A stretch of 57,282 bases of DNA from IMG/VR virus record IMGVR_UViG_3300022929_000029, positions 1-57,282 of that record; one strand, given 5' to 3'. Both the position numbers and the translations under genes were made by a program. Each line of letters starts with the position of its first letter. The first letter of the stretch is position 1. Under the pieces are notes generated by a model. The model ran no database searches. It had not been told where the DNA came from and was given only the letters and a program-made list of their open reading frames with translations. This document shows, in pieces, positions 18,994 to 28,904 of the stretch. Origin of the DNA: a virus (lineage: Duplodnaviria; Caudoviricetes).

Positions 18994-20355
18994 TTAAACT
19001 CTAGCAACCTTAAAGTCTACATCAATTTGCTTTGGTTGCTTTTTGTTACCATATGCCTTTCTACGAATTTCTTCCCTAAACTCGTCTAATATTTTTGCAC
19101 CTGCATCAGATGAGCCATTGCCCAAGGCAGCTACAGTAAATGCATCTACAATATATTCGTCTTTACTTAGTGCAGCCTTGTCAATTTCTCCACCACCCTT
19201 AACTTTAAACAGTAAATTATCTGACATACCGTCACCACTATCAGGACCTCTTACCATTCCAGAAGCCATGCCAGGACCATGATAACGTGTAGCATCATCC
19301 ATTCCCATAGAGCCGCCTTGATTACGTGGAACCATACGGAACTGTGCAGGTGTAGAGCTATACTCAAAGAACTTTAATGGATTAATAGGTACACCGTTTT
19401 GATCTTGAATAAACGCTTCTTTAATATCTTCTTCAGAATACTGTGGTTTTAAAGCAGTCTTAGTTTCTGTACGGCTTTTAGCTATTTCCATACGCTCACC
19501 AAGATCTTCTTCAGGTGTCTTCGGCACATCCATCATGCCAGTTGCAAAGGCTGTTGTAGGTACACCTGTGTCTAGTGCAGTACGTATACCAGCCTCTCTA
19601 CTAAATGGTGTAAGCTTGGATGCTCCTTCTAAATAAGATTTTTCTACTGCTTGTGGAATTAATTGCTTTGGTCCACCTAGTTCAGCCGTAAGTGTTGACA
19701 AGGGTGATGATCCTACAGAAGGAGCCATTGCTAAAGGTTTATTAGCTGCGGCTAATGCCTGCGTTGGTCCTAATGCCTGTGCTGTTGCTTGTTGGGCTGG
19801 TTGTCCAGCAAGCTGTTGAAATGTTGCAGGTGCCTGCATTCCTTGTAAAGCACTTTGCTGTAAACCGCTTGTACCTAATGCATCTAAACCTGTAGCTTGT
19901 GCAGCTTGTCCAGTAAGATCTGCCCCTGCACCAGCAGCTTGACCTGCGGTTTGTGCGCTTGCTTCTGCACCAGCTTTTCCTAACTCAGCACCACCCATCA
20001 TTGAACCAAGTTTAGCACCACCAAACGCCATAAGAGCGTCCATAGCGGCCTTACCTACGTCACCTTTGTTTACTAGCAGAGAAGTACCACCTGCCACTGC
20101 TGCGCTTCCTAGCGCACTTAAACCACCTGTTGCCATACCGACACCGATAGTAGCAAGGGTTGGTAGAATATCTTTAAGTTTAAAAGCTTCAGGCAAACCA
20201 GTTGCAGGGTTAACTGTCATCTGACCCATAGACTGCAATGCAGCAATCTCAGGCTTAGACATATGTACAAGTTCTGTATCACCTTGGCGACCACGAAGGG
20301 CTAGAAGATTTGCTAAACCTGATTGAGGTGCTTCTCTATTAATCATATATGCCAT
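18994..20355 (-). CDS. Internal virion protein
   Basis: GR.GDT.LVHM...E, NPATGLPEAF and G.V.GP..GDGMSD...LS.DEYIV motifs. Confidence 0.65.
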   Translation of the reverse strand: MAYMINREAPQSGLANLLALRGRQGDTELVHMSKPEIAALQSMGQMTVNPATGLPEAFKLKDILPTLATIGVGMATGGLSALGSAAVAGGTSLLVNKGDVGKAAMDALMAFGGAKLGSMMGGAELGKAGAEASAQTAGQAAGAGADLTGQAAQATGLDALGTSGLQQSALQGMQAPATFQQLAGQPAQQATAQALGPTQALAAANKPLAMAPSVGSSPLSTLTAELGGPKQLIPQAVEKSYLEGASKLTPFSREAGIRTALDTGVPTTAFATGMMDVPKTPEEDLGERMEIAKSRTETKTALKPQYSEEDIKEAFIQDQNGVPINPLKFFEYSSTPAQFRMVPRNQGGSMGMDDATRYHGPGMASGMVRGPDSGDGMSDNLLFKVKGGGEIDKAALSKDEYIVDAFTVAALGNGSSDAGAKILDEFREEIRRKAYGNKKQPKQIDVDFKVARV

Positions 20356-20356
20356 A

Positions 20357-20569
20357 TTACGTTACCTTATTTGGGGTCATATAGTTTGACTGTGCTTTAG
20401 TCATATTTGCTTGAAAGTTACTTGTATTATTATACACCGAATTTTGCTGTAATGCCAGCCCTGAGTTAGCTTTTTTTCCAAAGTAATCTGTTGGTTGTAC
20501 AATACCAGCATTAACATTCTGTACAAAAGTACTATTATTTAATAGATCAAAGTAATCTCTTGACTTCAT
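20357..20569 (-). CDS. Hypothetical protein
   Basis: TAATG coupling at 20569 (MKSRDYF...). Confidence 0.55.
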   Translation of the reverse strand: MKSRDYFDLLNNSTFVQNVNAGIVQPTDYFGKKANSGLALQQNSVYNNTSNFQANMTKAQSNYMTPNKVT

Positions 20570-20841
20570 TAGTTTAAATCCACCCATCCTGTGCTACTTA
20601 CATAGCCTTTAAATTTCTCTTCATCAAGGGAAAATGCTATATCTCCCGGACTTGGCCTACCTATATCGGTAACAGTTGTAACGCTATAAATTTTTGTAGC
20701 TGGTCTTGCGTCAACTTGATTGTCTCTAATATTTAATTCATAACCAAGAGTGTCTATTACCTGTCTTAAATCTCTATATAATTCTTCTACAGTCATTTGC
20801 TTTGCTGTATTATATAAAGGTAGTTGAGGATAGTTAGCCAT
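20569..20841 (-). CDS. Hypothetical tail-associated protein
   Basis: Coupled to the nozzle gene. Confidence 0.65.
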   Translation of the reverse strand: MANYPQLPLYNTAKQMTVEELYRDLRQVIDTLGYELNIRDNQVDARPATKIYSVTTVTDIGRPSPGDIAFSLDEEKFKGYVSSTGWVDLN

Positions 20842-22676
20842 TATCGTTTACCATCTGGTTGTATATTAGCACGAACTGCACCCCAACGCCAAGAACTATC
20901 TGAACTTGCTGATACAATAATTTTAGCCTGTCTTCCCCTACCACGTAAATCTATTTTCTTTGTGCTTTGTTGTATAGTAAATGGACCCTTAGTTATAATA
21001 GGACTATTGGGATATTCTTGGAATTGTAAAGTAATATCTATACTACCATTATTTGTAATAGTATAGTCAGGAACAATCCTGTCAATAAATAATATATTGT
21101 TACCGTCTTCAATATCTACTTCTGCAGATTCCAAATATGATGATAGTATTTTTCCATCGCCTGTATATATATTTTTAGGTTCGTTATTCCATACATAGTT
21201 ATCTGCAGTTGCCGATACTTTACCTGTCGCAATAGTATTATCAAATATACTGTGATCTGAGAAAGTAGAATAAAAGGACGAACCAAATACCCAATGGTTT
21301 TCTTTATAGTTAAAAATAATATAACTGTCAGGTTCAGTAGCTGTTTCAGAACAATATAACCAGATAATTTCGTTAAACTCTGAATTAATACCAGCAAACA
21401 CTTTATCTTTATTTACTTCATTAAAGCTGTCATATAAGTAACGTCTAACAGGACAAGAAAGATTTCTTACTCTACCATCAAAAGCATAGAAGTTATTTTC
21501 ACCCATCCAGTATGCAACACCGTCTATGTCTATAGCGGCATGAGGAGCAATCAAACCACAGTTCGTTCCTACTTGTTGAAAGTTAAATATAAAAGGAGGA
21601 CCAACAAACTGTTGTGTATACATTGCATTATCTGTCCAAATAAATATTGCATTCCGAGAACGTATAGCACCACGAATTTCTGTACCACCTGTAAGAATTA
21701 CTTCTCCAGAAGTTGAGTTAATAGAAGGTGTCCAATTGGTATAATCTTCTTGATCTGACCAACGAACCAGCATTGGATTATAATTACCAGTACCAAACTC
21801 ATTACAGCCATATGAAACAACATGCCTGTCGTTAGGTGATACACGAATATAGTTATTTACTGAAGGTGCTGCAGAAACAACAACTGCACGTTCAGGTGTT
21901 GTAGAAGCATCTACATCAAGATAGAATATTTTACCACCTCTACGACAAGCCAGCATGTCCTCACCCCAATTATCTAATGTCCACTGAGAACTTTGGAATG
22001 TAATGGCACCTGTTGCTGCAGGTTGGTTCCACGCTCTTACGCCTGTAATGCTTACACCTGCATTATAGACACCTGCACCATAGCCAGTTCCTTGAATAGG
22101 TGTAGTATTTTCATTAGGTAAAATAAATTCTAAGTCTGCAGTACCACCATCTGTGTAAGTAGCTACTGCAGATGTTGTAGCAGAAATAGTAAAGTTGTTT
22201 AATCCATTAACAGCAACAACTGAATATTCACCAGACAATAAGATACCACTATTGCCAATAGAGGTAGCAGAGGTAATAAAGATTCTATCATTTGCAGATA
22301 CACCATGATTTGTTATACTTATACTTACAAGAGGAGAATTAATCTGTGTATTCATAACACTTGTTAAAGTAGTAGCAGAAATAAAAGGAGTTGAATCATA
22401 TAACTCGTTTGATAAAACTACGTACAAAAACTTTTCAGTACCAAAAGACATAAGTTTTTTAGTATCATTATCAGACCATGTAAGAAGATCACGTGCTATT
22501 CCATAGTAATTTGATTGAATAGCTTTATTATAACCTCTTAGGTTTTCAGGTTTTCCTTCCCTAAAACGTACACGATTGCCATCATACCATTTACCTTCTT
22601 CAGCATATTGTGTTGATTCCCTATGAAACCCGGGAATAAACTCAAGCTTAGAAAGTTTACCTGCAGTAGAAGCCAT
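20841..22676 (-). CDS. Tail nozzle / head-stabilisation protein (P22 gp10 / tail tubular B-like)
   Basis: Beta-propeller-like repeats, VRWSDQED...W, NCGLI and GR.R C-terminus; synteny. Confidence 0.7.
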   Translation of the reverse strand: MASTAGKLSKLEFIPGFHRESTQYAEEGKWYDGNRVRFREGKPENLRGYNKAIQSNYYGIARDLLTWSDNDTKKLMSFGTEKFLYVVLSNELYDSTPFISATTLTSVMNTQINSPLVSISITNHGVSANDRIFITSATSIGNSGILLSGEYSVVAVNGLNNFTISATTSAVATYTDGGTADLEFILPNENTTPIQGTGYGAGVYNAGVSITGVRAWNQPAATGAITFQSSQWTLDNWGEDMLACRRGGKIFYLDVDASTTPERAVVVSAAPSVNNYIRVSPNDRHVVSYGCNEFGTGNYNPMLVRWSDQEDYTNWTPSINSTSGEVILTGGTEIRGAIRSRNAIFIWTDNAMYTQQFVGPPFIFNFQQVGTNCGLIAPHAAIDIDGVAYWMGENNFYAFDGRVRNLSCPVRRYLYDSFNEVNKDKVFAGINSEFNEIIWLYCSETATEPDSYIIFNYKENHWVFGSSFYSTFSDHSIFDNTIATGKVSATADNYVWNNEPKNIYTGDGKILSSYLESAEVDIEDGNNILFIDRIVPDYTITNNGSIDITLQFQEYPNSPIITKGPFTIQQSTKKIDLRGRGRQAKIIVSASSDSSWRWGAVRANIQPDGKR

Positions 22677-22680
22677 GTCT

Positions 22681-23745
22681 CTACCTTGTCATATTAGTTA
22701 TGTATGCACAATCAATAACTGCCGTTGTAACACTTGCAGTAACAGAAACATTCCGAATACTATAAGCCATTACATCAACAGCGGTTGTTGCAGTATTGGT
22801 TGGGGCTGTTCCTCCACTAAATTTAAAATCATTTGCAAAAGATAATGTGTGTGCAACACTTGTAAGCGCAAAGTAAATTAAACCTTGTTGACCAACATTA
22901 ATATTATCTGGCTGTCTTAATGTACTGTCTGCAGCTACGCTTACAATAAAGTTATTACCAGTATTAAAATCTACAGCAATAAGACTTGTATCAGAAACTG
23001 CAATAGTAACAATAGGTGAATATGAATGACCACCATCAATAGCTACTTGACCAGTAAATGTATTATCTGAACCAATAGTATTAGCATAACCAATGCTTGA
23101 ATTAACATAACGAATATCTGTAGTTGATAGTGCTAATAAAGCTGGGTCTACTGTAGTTGTATTTGCAATAAAGACAAGATTGCCTGTTGCAGTTACAGAT
23201 GTAATAGGGTCTACAGTTGTTGTTTCAATTTCACTAACATTTGTAAGAACTAAACGAGATGATGCAGCCTTTGCCCCTGTTGGGATTCCTATACCTGCCC
23301 CATCAATACCATAAACATTTGTACCATCTGTTGTAATTACAAATGTACTTGTACCTGTTATTGATGTAGGTACAGTAAATCCAGTTGCTGTTGCACCAGT
23401 ATTAATAATACGTAATGTACCAGTGGTAGATGTTTGTGTTACTTTATTATGAACAACATATGTTTTACCAACGGCAGGAAGAATAATATTAGCCGCTGAA
23501 GCACTAACAACATAGCCTTGTAATTCTAATGAAGCTGAACGTGCCTCATCAGTAGCACCATTATTAGTTGTTAAAGCTGTATCATTAACAAGCTGTACAC
23601 CTGTAGAACCAATAGTTACATATGCGCCAACTGCGTCATCAACCATGTCAATGACATTTTGATTTAGAATATCACCCCAAGAATTTGGATTTTCTCCATC
23701 TGCTTGTTGCTCTAGTCGGATTCTACTGGTATAAGTTGAAGGCAT
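22681..23745 (-). CDS. Short tail fibre / baseplate-like protein
   Basis: MPSTY...RLE...GEN..SWG..LN N-terminal anchor; Thr/Ser-rich. Confidence 0.6.
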   Translation of the reverse strand: MPSTYTSRIRLEQQADGENPNSWGDILNQNVIDMVDDAVGAYVTIGSTGVQLVNDTALTTNNGATDEARSASLELQGYVVSASAANIILPAVGKTYVVHNKVTQTSTTGTLRIINTGATATGFTVPTSITGTSTFVITTDGTNVYGIDGAGIGIPTGAKAASSRLVLTNVSEIETTTVDPITSVTATGNLVFIANTTTVDPALLALSTTDIRYVNSSIGYANTIGSDNTFTGQVAIDGGHSYSPIVTIAVSDTSLIAVDFNTGNNFIVSVAADSTLRQPDNINVGQQGLIYFALTSVAHTLSFANDFKFSGGTAPTNTATTAVDVMAYSIRNVSVTASVTTAVIDCAYITNMTR

Positions 23746-23777
23746 ATCTTATTTCCTATCTTTAAACTGTTGTGCTT

Positions 23778-23806
23778 ATTATATACTATAAACGGTCAGA
23801 AGACAA
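23778..23806 (-). promoter_or_regulatory. Late-arm sigma70-type promoter
   Basis: TTGTCT-N17-TATAAT on the - strand. Confidence 0.55.
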
Positions 23807-24016
23807 TATACGGTCTAACTTATCTTCTACTCTATGCAAAGCTTCCATAACCCTACCCATTTCTTCTTTGACTTCTCCACGTGTTGCATATTCTTCTCTT
23901 GTTTTATTAAGAAGAATTTCAAGACGTTTCATTTCTTTAGTAGTATTATTAGCCCACCAACCAAAGCCAGCGGCAATAAACATAAGAAGCATATCAATAA
24001 GGTTTGTCATATCCAT
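23786..24016 (-). CDS. Small membrane-anchored coiled-coil protein
   Basis: N-terminal TM helix followed by heptad repeats. Confidence 0.7.
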   Translation of the reverse strand: MDMTNLIDMLLMFIAAGFGWWANNTTKEMKRLEILLNKTREEYATRGEVKEEMGRVMEALHRVEDKLDRILSSDRL

Positions 24017-24580
24017 TTAAAATTCTCTTCTGTCAGGCCATGCATGAATAGGTGCAGGTCCTTCAACAACAATATCAGTACCTGTACCTGAAGTAGGTGA
24101 TTCAAACAAAGTAATAAACTCACCAATAGAAGTACAAGCAGTAATATTTGTTTTAATAACATCACAACAAGATACAACTGCTGCACGATAGTTAGTTACA
24201 CTTGTAGGAATAACACGACTACGTTCCGCATTAGCGATAATCATCCAATCAGTTGAAGTTAGCAAAGAGTTTGCAGTTTGATTAGTTTGATTTTTATACT
24301 GTGTTTTTAAACCAAAAGAATATACTGGATTACCTAAGTCATCTGTTATAGTTACAGATGTTTCTGGATTAATTTGTAATTCATCTTCTAAATTTTTAGG
24401 AATATCTGTATCCCAATAAAACCTTGTATCTACTGGTACAGGGTCATCTTCCCATACCAAACCACGGCTTACCTTTTCAGCATCATCCCAAATCATCCAA
24501 TTAGAAGGATGTTGTATACCATTGTCATCTGACCAAGCCCTACCTGCTCTGATAACTCTGTCATTATATTTCCAAGGCAT
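24017..24580 (-). CDS. Tail fibre assembly chaperone-like protein
   Basis: LL..TDW.I....E......YRAAV motif; follows the fibre gene. Confidence 0.6.
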   Translation of the reverse strand: MPWKYNDRVIRAGRAWSDDNGIQHPSNWMIWDDAEKVSRGLVWEDDPVPVDTRFYWDTDIPKNLEDELQINPETSVTITDDLGNPVYSFGLKTQYKNQTNQTANSLLTSTDWMIIANAERSRVIPTSVTNYRAAVVSCCDVIKTNITACTSIGEFITLFESPTSGTGTDIVVEGPAPIHAWPDRREF

Positions 24581-24598
24581 TTTTATATTCTCCTAAAA

Positions 24599-27022
24599 TT
24601 ATCTGGCGTTAGCGTATTTGAATGGGTTTTCTGCAAAGGCGAGGTAGATGTATCTTGGACTGCCGCTGTCATTCAACCGTGTCCAGTTTGTTCTGATTTT
24701 AAAACCATTAGAAAGAAAATCTACATTCTCACCAGTTGAAGTATCCTCAGAAATAGCTTGGCTGGGCGATAACCAGTTTTGACTTCCATTATAAGTGGTT
24801 CGTGTAGAATCCATCATATACCAATCATAACCAGTAGTTACCGCAGATTTTATTATAACAAAAGCTGGCCTAAACCCTGTATAAACAAACGGACCATCTA
24901 CGTTATAATTTCCTGTATATTGGCCTATCTTGCTGTAGCCATCAACAGAGTGAAAACAATACGCAATTATGTCATTGCCACTGGTGTTGTTCCAAGAGGA
25001 GGTTCCAAGAGAAAACACATTTGAAGTTGGCGCAGTTGAGTTAAAAATAAACGTGTCGTTTGTTTCGCCAGTATTTTCGTTTAACTGTATACGCTCATCT
25101 TCTGGATTTACACCGTTGTTTAACTTAAAATGGTAAGAACCCCACGGCCTTCCAGTAGGATAATCTCTGTCTTTTATAGTGATAAACTCAGGGGTACTAG
25201 ACAGGCCGTGATACACTGTACCCGCTACACCTGTGCCAACGTAAGACACTATAGAAAACCCTGCGTCTGTATTTACAGAACCGCTTGAGGCTATTGTTGC
25301 ACCATTGCTTCCTGCGCTGTTGCTAAATGATGTGCCAGCTTTCCAGTTCCAGCCAACGTAGGTGTCAATGCCGTTAACACCATTTGCTGAACCCAAAGAA
25401 AAACCATCGCTATCAAAAGACGTAAGTTCATCAGTTGCTGTTCCTTCAGCGTTTGTAAGGTTAGAATAAAGCTGCTTGTTTGCGCCTCTTACGCTGTCAT
25501 TTAGACGATGCGCCCTGTCTGGAACAGACCTTTGCTTAATCCAAACCAAATCTGGCTGGAAACCAACACCTGTAATACTTTGCGTACTGTCATTACCAGT
25601 ATAAAGCACCGTATTGAAATTCTCAGTGCCATCCACAATCGTAGGCTCTGGAAGGTTTGCTGTACATAACGCAAGGTAGCTTGAAGGTACAGAATACTTG
25701 AAGTCACCCACGCCGTTGGCATCTGTATTGCCGCCAGCGGAAGTAGCACCAGCAAAGGTGCTGTCTTGACCGAAGTTGGCTGTGAACTGCGGGTCTGAGC
25801 CACCAGTTCCTTTGTTTCCAGCGCAATAAGGTAAATAACCAGAACCAGTTGCCGATGTGCCATCTGTAGGGTTTGTAGGGTCTTGACCAGCCCCAAATGT
25901 GCCATTCTTGCCAAAATACATTCTTTGATTATCTGCATCAAATGCAAGATTTATTATGTCGCCTGTTCCAAATGTAAGAGTGTTTGATGCTGTTTTCACA
26001 ACATTTGTGTCTTCATCAATAATGCCAAGCCAAGAAATTGAAGTTGATGGTTCCGATGTTGCTATACATTCCCAATACCATTTTCCTGTTGTTGGGAGTT
26101 GAAATGTAGCAGCAATACCAGATTGGACTTCATTGCCAGAATTACCATTCCAACGCAAATTGCCCTCTAATGTTGTTCCTGTTTGCCCCCAACTTTCAGT
26201 GCTTACATATTTCCAAATTGGATTCCAAGTAGCAAAGTTATTCGTAGGCGTGTCAATCATTTGGTCAGTTGTCGCAATATTATTAACAGACCAGTTATTA
26301 CTATTACCTGAACTATCTAAACCTAAATTAGTAGCTGTTGAGTTATTAGAAAAATCAATATAGAAACCATTTGTACCATATGAACCACCATAAGCTTTTG
26401 GAATCCATACACCTGACTTAGTTTCGCCAAAGTTGGTAGCGTCTAGGGCTTGACCATCAATGAAGTTGACCTCTGCCATATAACCGTCAAAATAATTTCC
26501 AAGAAAATTACCAATGGTATGGGTGTTTGTTGAGTTAATATTCAAATCTGTATTTTGTGCAGGTTCACCGTTATTTCCTGATGGTGTTTGTAATGTTTGT
26601 TCAGTGCCATTAACATATATTTTCCAACGAGTTCCAGCTTGAGTTGTATCACACCACCAAACAACGTGATACCAAGCAGATGTGTCACGAAAAAGACTTA
26701 CTGTTTCCCTAATATAATCAGTACCAGAAGGGTCCCAAGCGTGTGCAAATCTTAGTCCAGAATCTTGATATATAGTTGGACCGCCATAATCTAAACCTAC
26801 ATTTGATTGAAAAATTATTCCTCTCTCGCCTTGGCTCAAAGAACCTAGTTTAATCCACGCACTGAATGTCCAAGTCTTGCGGTTGCTAGCAGAAGACGGT
26901 ATGCGGCTTAGATATGCGCTGTCATCATCATTAAAGCGCAAGCTATTGTCAATTTCATAATCATAGAAACCACCACCTGTTGCACCTGACCCAAACCATA
27001 TAGGACTATTTGTTAAAGACAT
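24599..27022 (-). CDS. Receptor-binding protein with LamG/ConA-like and SPRY-like domains
   Basis: SLRFND.DSAYL, TWTFSAW.K, GKWYWE and GVGFQPDLVWIK motifs. Confidence 0.75.
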   Translation of the reverse strand: MSLTNSPIWFGSGATGGGFYDYEIDNSLRFNDDDSAYLSRIPSSASNRKTWTFSAWIKLGSLSQGERGIIFQSNVGLDYGGPTIYQDSGLRFAHAWDPSGTDYIRETVSLFRDTSAWYHVVWWCDTTQAGTRWKIYVNGTEQTLQTPSGNNGEPAQNTDLNINSTNTHTIGNFLGNYFDGYMAEVNFIDGQALDATNFGETKSGVWIPKAYGGSYGTNGFYIDFSNNSTATNLGLDSSGNSNNWSVNNIATTDQMIDTPTNNFATWNPIWKYVSTESWGQTGTTLEGNLRWNGNSGNEVQSGIAATFQLPTTGKWYWECIATSEPSTSISWLGIIDEDTNVVKTASNTLTFGTGDIINLAFDADNQRMYFGKNGTFGAGQDPTNPTDGTSATGSGYLPYCAGNKGTGGSDPQFTANFGQDSTFAGATSAGGNTDANGVGDFKYSVPSSYLALCTANLPEPTIVDGTENFNTVLYTGNDSTQSITGVGFQPDLVWIKQRSVPDRAHRLNDSVRGANKQLYSNLTNAEGTATDELTSFDSDGFSLGSANGVNGIDTYVGWNWKAGTSFSNSAGSNGATIASSGSVNTDAGFSIVSYVGTGVAGTVYHGLSSTPEFITIKDRDYPTGRPWGSYHFKLNNGVNPEDERIQLNENTGETNDTFIFNSTAPTSNVFSLGTSSWNNTSGNDIIAYCFHSVDGYSKIGQYTGNYNVDGPFVYTGFRPAFVIIKSAVTTGYDWYMMDSTRTTYNGSQNWLSPSQAISEDTSTGENVDFLSNGFKIRTNWTRLNDSGSPRYIYLAFAENPFKYANAR

Positions 27023-27041
27023 ATTATTATTACTCCGTTAA

Positions 27042-28904
27042 TTATGAGAATGCAAGCATAGGTGTGCCAAGAAGAATATTACCAGTAGATTGTACAAAAT
27101 AAGGTACAATATCTACAGCACCTGCCGTGCTTGATAATGTAAGTCCAGCAGCACCTGCAGTTTCATAGTCACTGCTTAAAGAAACAGTTCTACCAGCCCC
27201 GCTATGTATGAAAATAAACACACCTGACATACCAGCTATCTCTGTTGACGGATTACCAAGTGTTATGTTGCCAGTTAATGTCCACACAAAACTGTTGTAA
27301 TTTTGAAAGTCTGGTGTGTGTGTTCCTGTGCCTTGATTTGTATCTGTATGAACAGAACCAACTACGTTTTCAAATGCTTTAATATAATTTGCATAAATAC
27401 TTAAACCAGTAGTATTACCTGTGACTAAATTGATTGTATTTGTACTGAACCCAAGATAGGTATCGGTATCTGCATCGTGATATAACTTATCTCTAAGATA
27501 AATATCTTCAACGTCATTAATAACATTAGAACCAAGCGTTAGTGTGCCAGTTAACGTACCACCACTTAAAGGAAGGTGATTTGAAATACTAGTTGCTAAA
27601 GTGGCTGATACAGTAGCTAATTGAGAAGTTGTAGCAAACCCACTGCCATCACCTAATACACTATTAATAGAAGTAATTGCATTAGTATTAGTTGTAATAT
27701 TAGTATTACTATTTCCAATAGAGGTTGCTAGTGCTAAAGATGTGGCAGCAATTAAAGTATTTGTATTACCAATAGATGTTGCTAATGCCGCAGATACTGC
27801 AGCTAGTTCAGAATCAGTGACAAAACCACTACCGTCACCTAAGACAGCATTAATGGATGTAATAGCATTTGTATTAGTTGTTACGTTACTATTTGTATTA
27901 CCAATACTAGTAGCCAATGCTGCAGATACAGTAGCTAATTCAGCATCAGTAACAAATCCAGTGCCATCACCCAATATAGAATTAATAGATGTAATGGCAT
28001 TAATATTAGTTGTTACATTGGCATTTGTATTACCTATTGAAGTAGCAAGTGCGGCTGACGTTGCAGCAATTAATGTATTGCTATTATCAATAGACGTTGC
28101 CATTGTTGCAGACAAAGCAGTAAGAGCAGCGTCTGTTGCTACACCTGATGTAGAAATTACACGACTACCATTAATGTCAATACCTGTACCTGCAGTATAT
28201 ACAAGAGAAGAACTAAACACTACAAATGTAATTGGTGTTGTACCGATGGTAATTGCGCCTACGTTACTACATACATAAGCTTCACCTGCACCAGTGTCAC
28301 CCTCTTCAACAAAGAAATAAGAACCACCGTCAATGCCTGTGTTATCATTTGGCTCATAACTATCAGCATCTGTAGCACGTGTTAGTACCCAATTAGTAGA
28401 AGCTGAACCTGTATCGGTTACTGTGTATACACCGTTCTCATAACCATTTGTCTGATTGTAAATAAGAACACGGTCAGATGTATTAAGTGTTACACCATCA
28501 ATAACAAGTGCAGCTTGTGTACCTGCATTAGTAAGTGTAGCACCTACACCATCAGTACCGTTATCATAGGTAGCATTAAGATTACCTGCAGTGTCTGGGC
28601 TTTCTACACGTACTGCATCATGGAAGTGAATAGCCGCTGAAGTAAGGTTGTCTACATATTGTTTTGTTGCGGCTTCTAAGTTTGCAGAAGGATTACCCGG
28701 CAATGTAATTGCACCTGTCATAGTGCCACCAGCAAGTGGTAGATGATTGGCAATAGACGTAGCCAATGTTGCACTTAATGCAGTTACATTAGAATTAGTA
28801 TTGTCAATACTTGTTGCCATTGTTGATGATATACCAGCAATTACACTATTAATAGAAGTAATTGTAGGACCAACAAAAGATGTAGCACTAACTGTGCCGC
28901 TTAC
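27042..28904 (-). CDS. Long tail fibre, C-terminal part (frame is open up to 28904)
   Basis: LPLAGGTMTG, AATKQYVD, Q....ENGVY and LATSIGN coiled-coil repeats. ATG28820 has no RBS and is a copy of an internal repeat. Confidence 0.75.
   Translation of the reverse strand, partial: VSGTVSATSFVGPTITSINSVIAGISSTMATSIDNTNSNVTALSATLATSIANHLPLAGGTMTGAITLPGNPSANLEAATKQYVDNLTSAAIHFHDAVRVESPDTAGNLNATYDNGTDGVGATLTNAGTQAALVIDGVTLNTSDRVLIYNQTNGYENGVYTVTDTGSASTNWVLTRATDADSYEPNDNTGIDGGSYFFVEEGDTGAGEAYVCSNVGAITIGTTPITFVVFSSSLVYTAGTGIDINGSRVISTSGVATDAALTALSATMATSIDNSNTLIAATSAALATSIGNTNANVTTNINAITSINSILGDGTGFVTDAELATVSAALATSIGNTNSNVTTNTNAITSINAVLGDGSGFVTDSELAAVSAALATSIGNTNTLIAATSLALATSIGNSNTNITTNTNAITSINSVLGDGSGFATTSQLATVSATLATSISNHLPLSGGTLTGTLTLGSNVINDVEDIYLRDKLYHDADTDTYLGFSTNTINLVTGNTTGLSIYANYIKAFENVVGSVHTDTNQGTGTHTPDFQNYNSFVWTLTGNITLGNPSTEIAGMSGVFIFIHSGAGRTVSLSSDYETAGAAGLTLSSTAGAVDIVPYFVQSTGNILLGTPMLAFS

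Noticed and set aside
27580-28130. Fibre repeats as DGR template/variable repeats
   Set aside because: No reverse transcriptase; the repeats are in-frame protein repeats and the differences are not adenine-specific.
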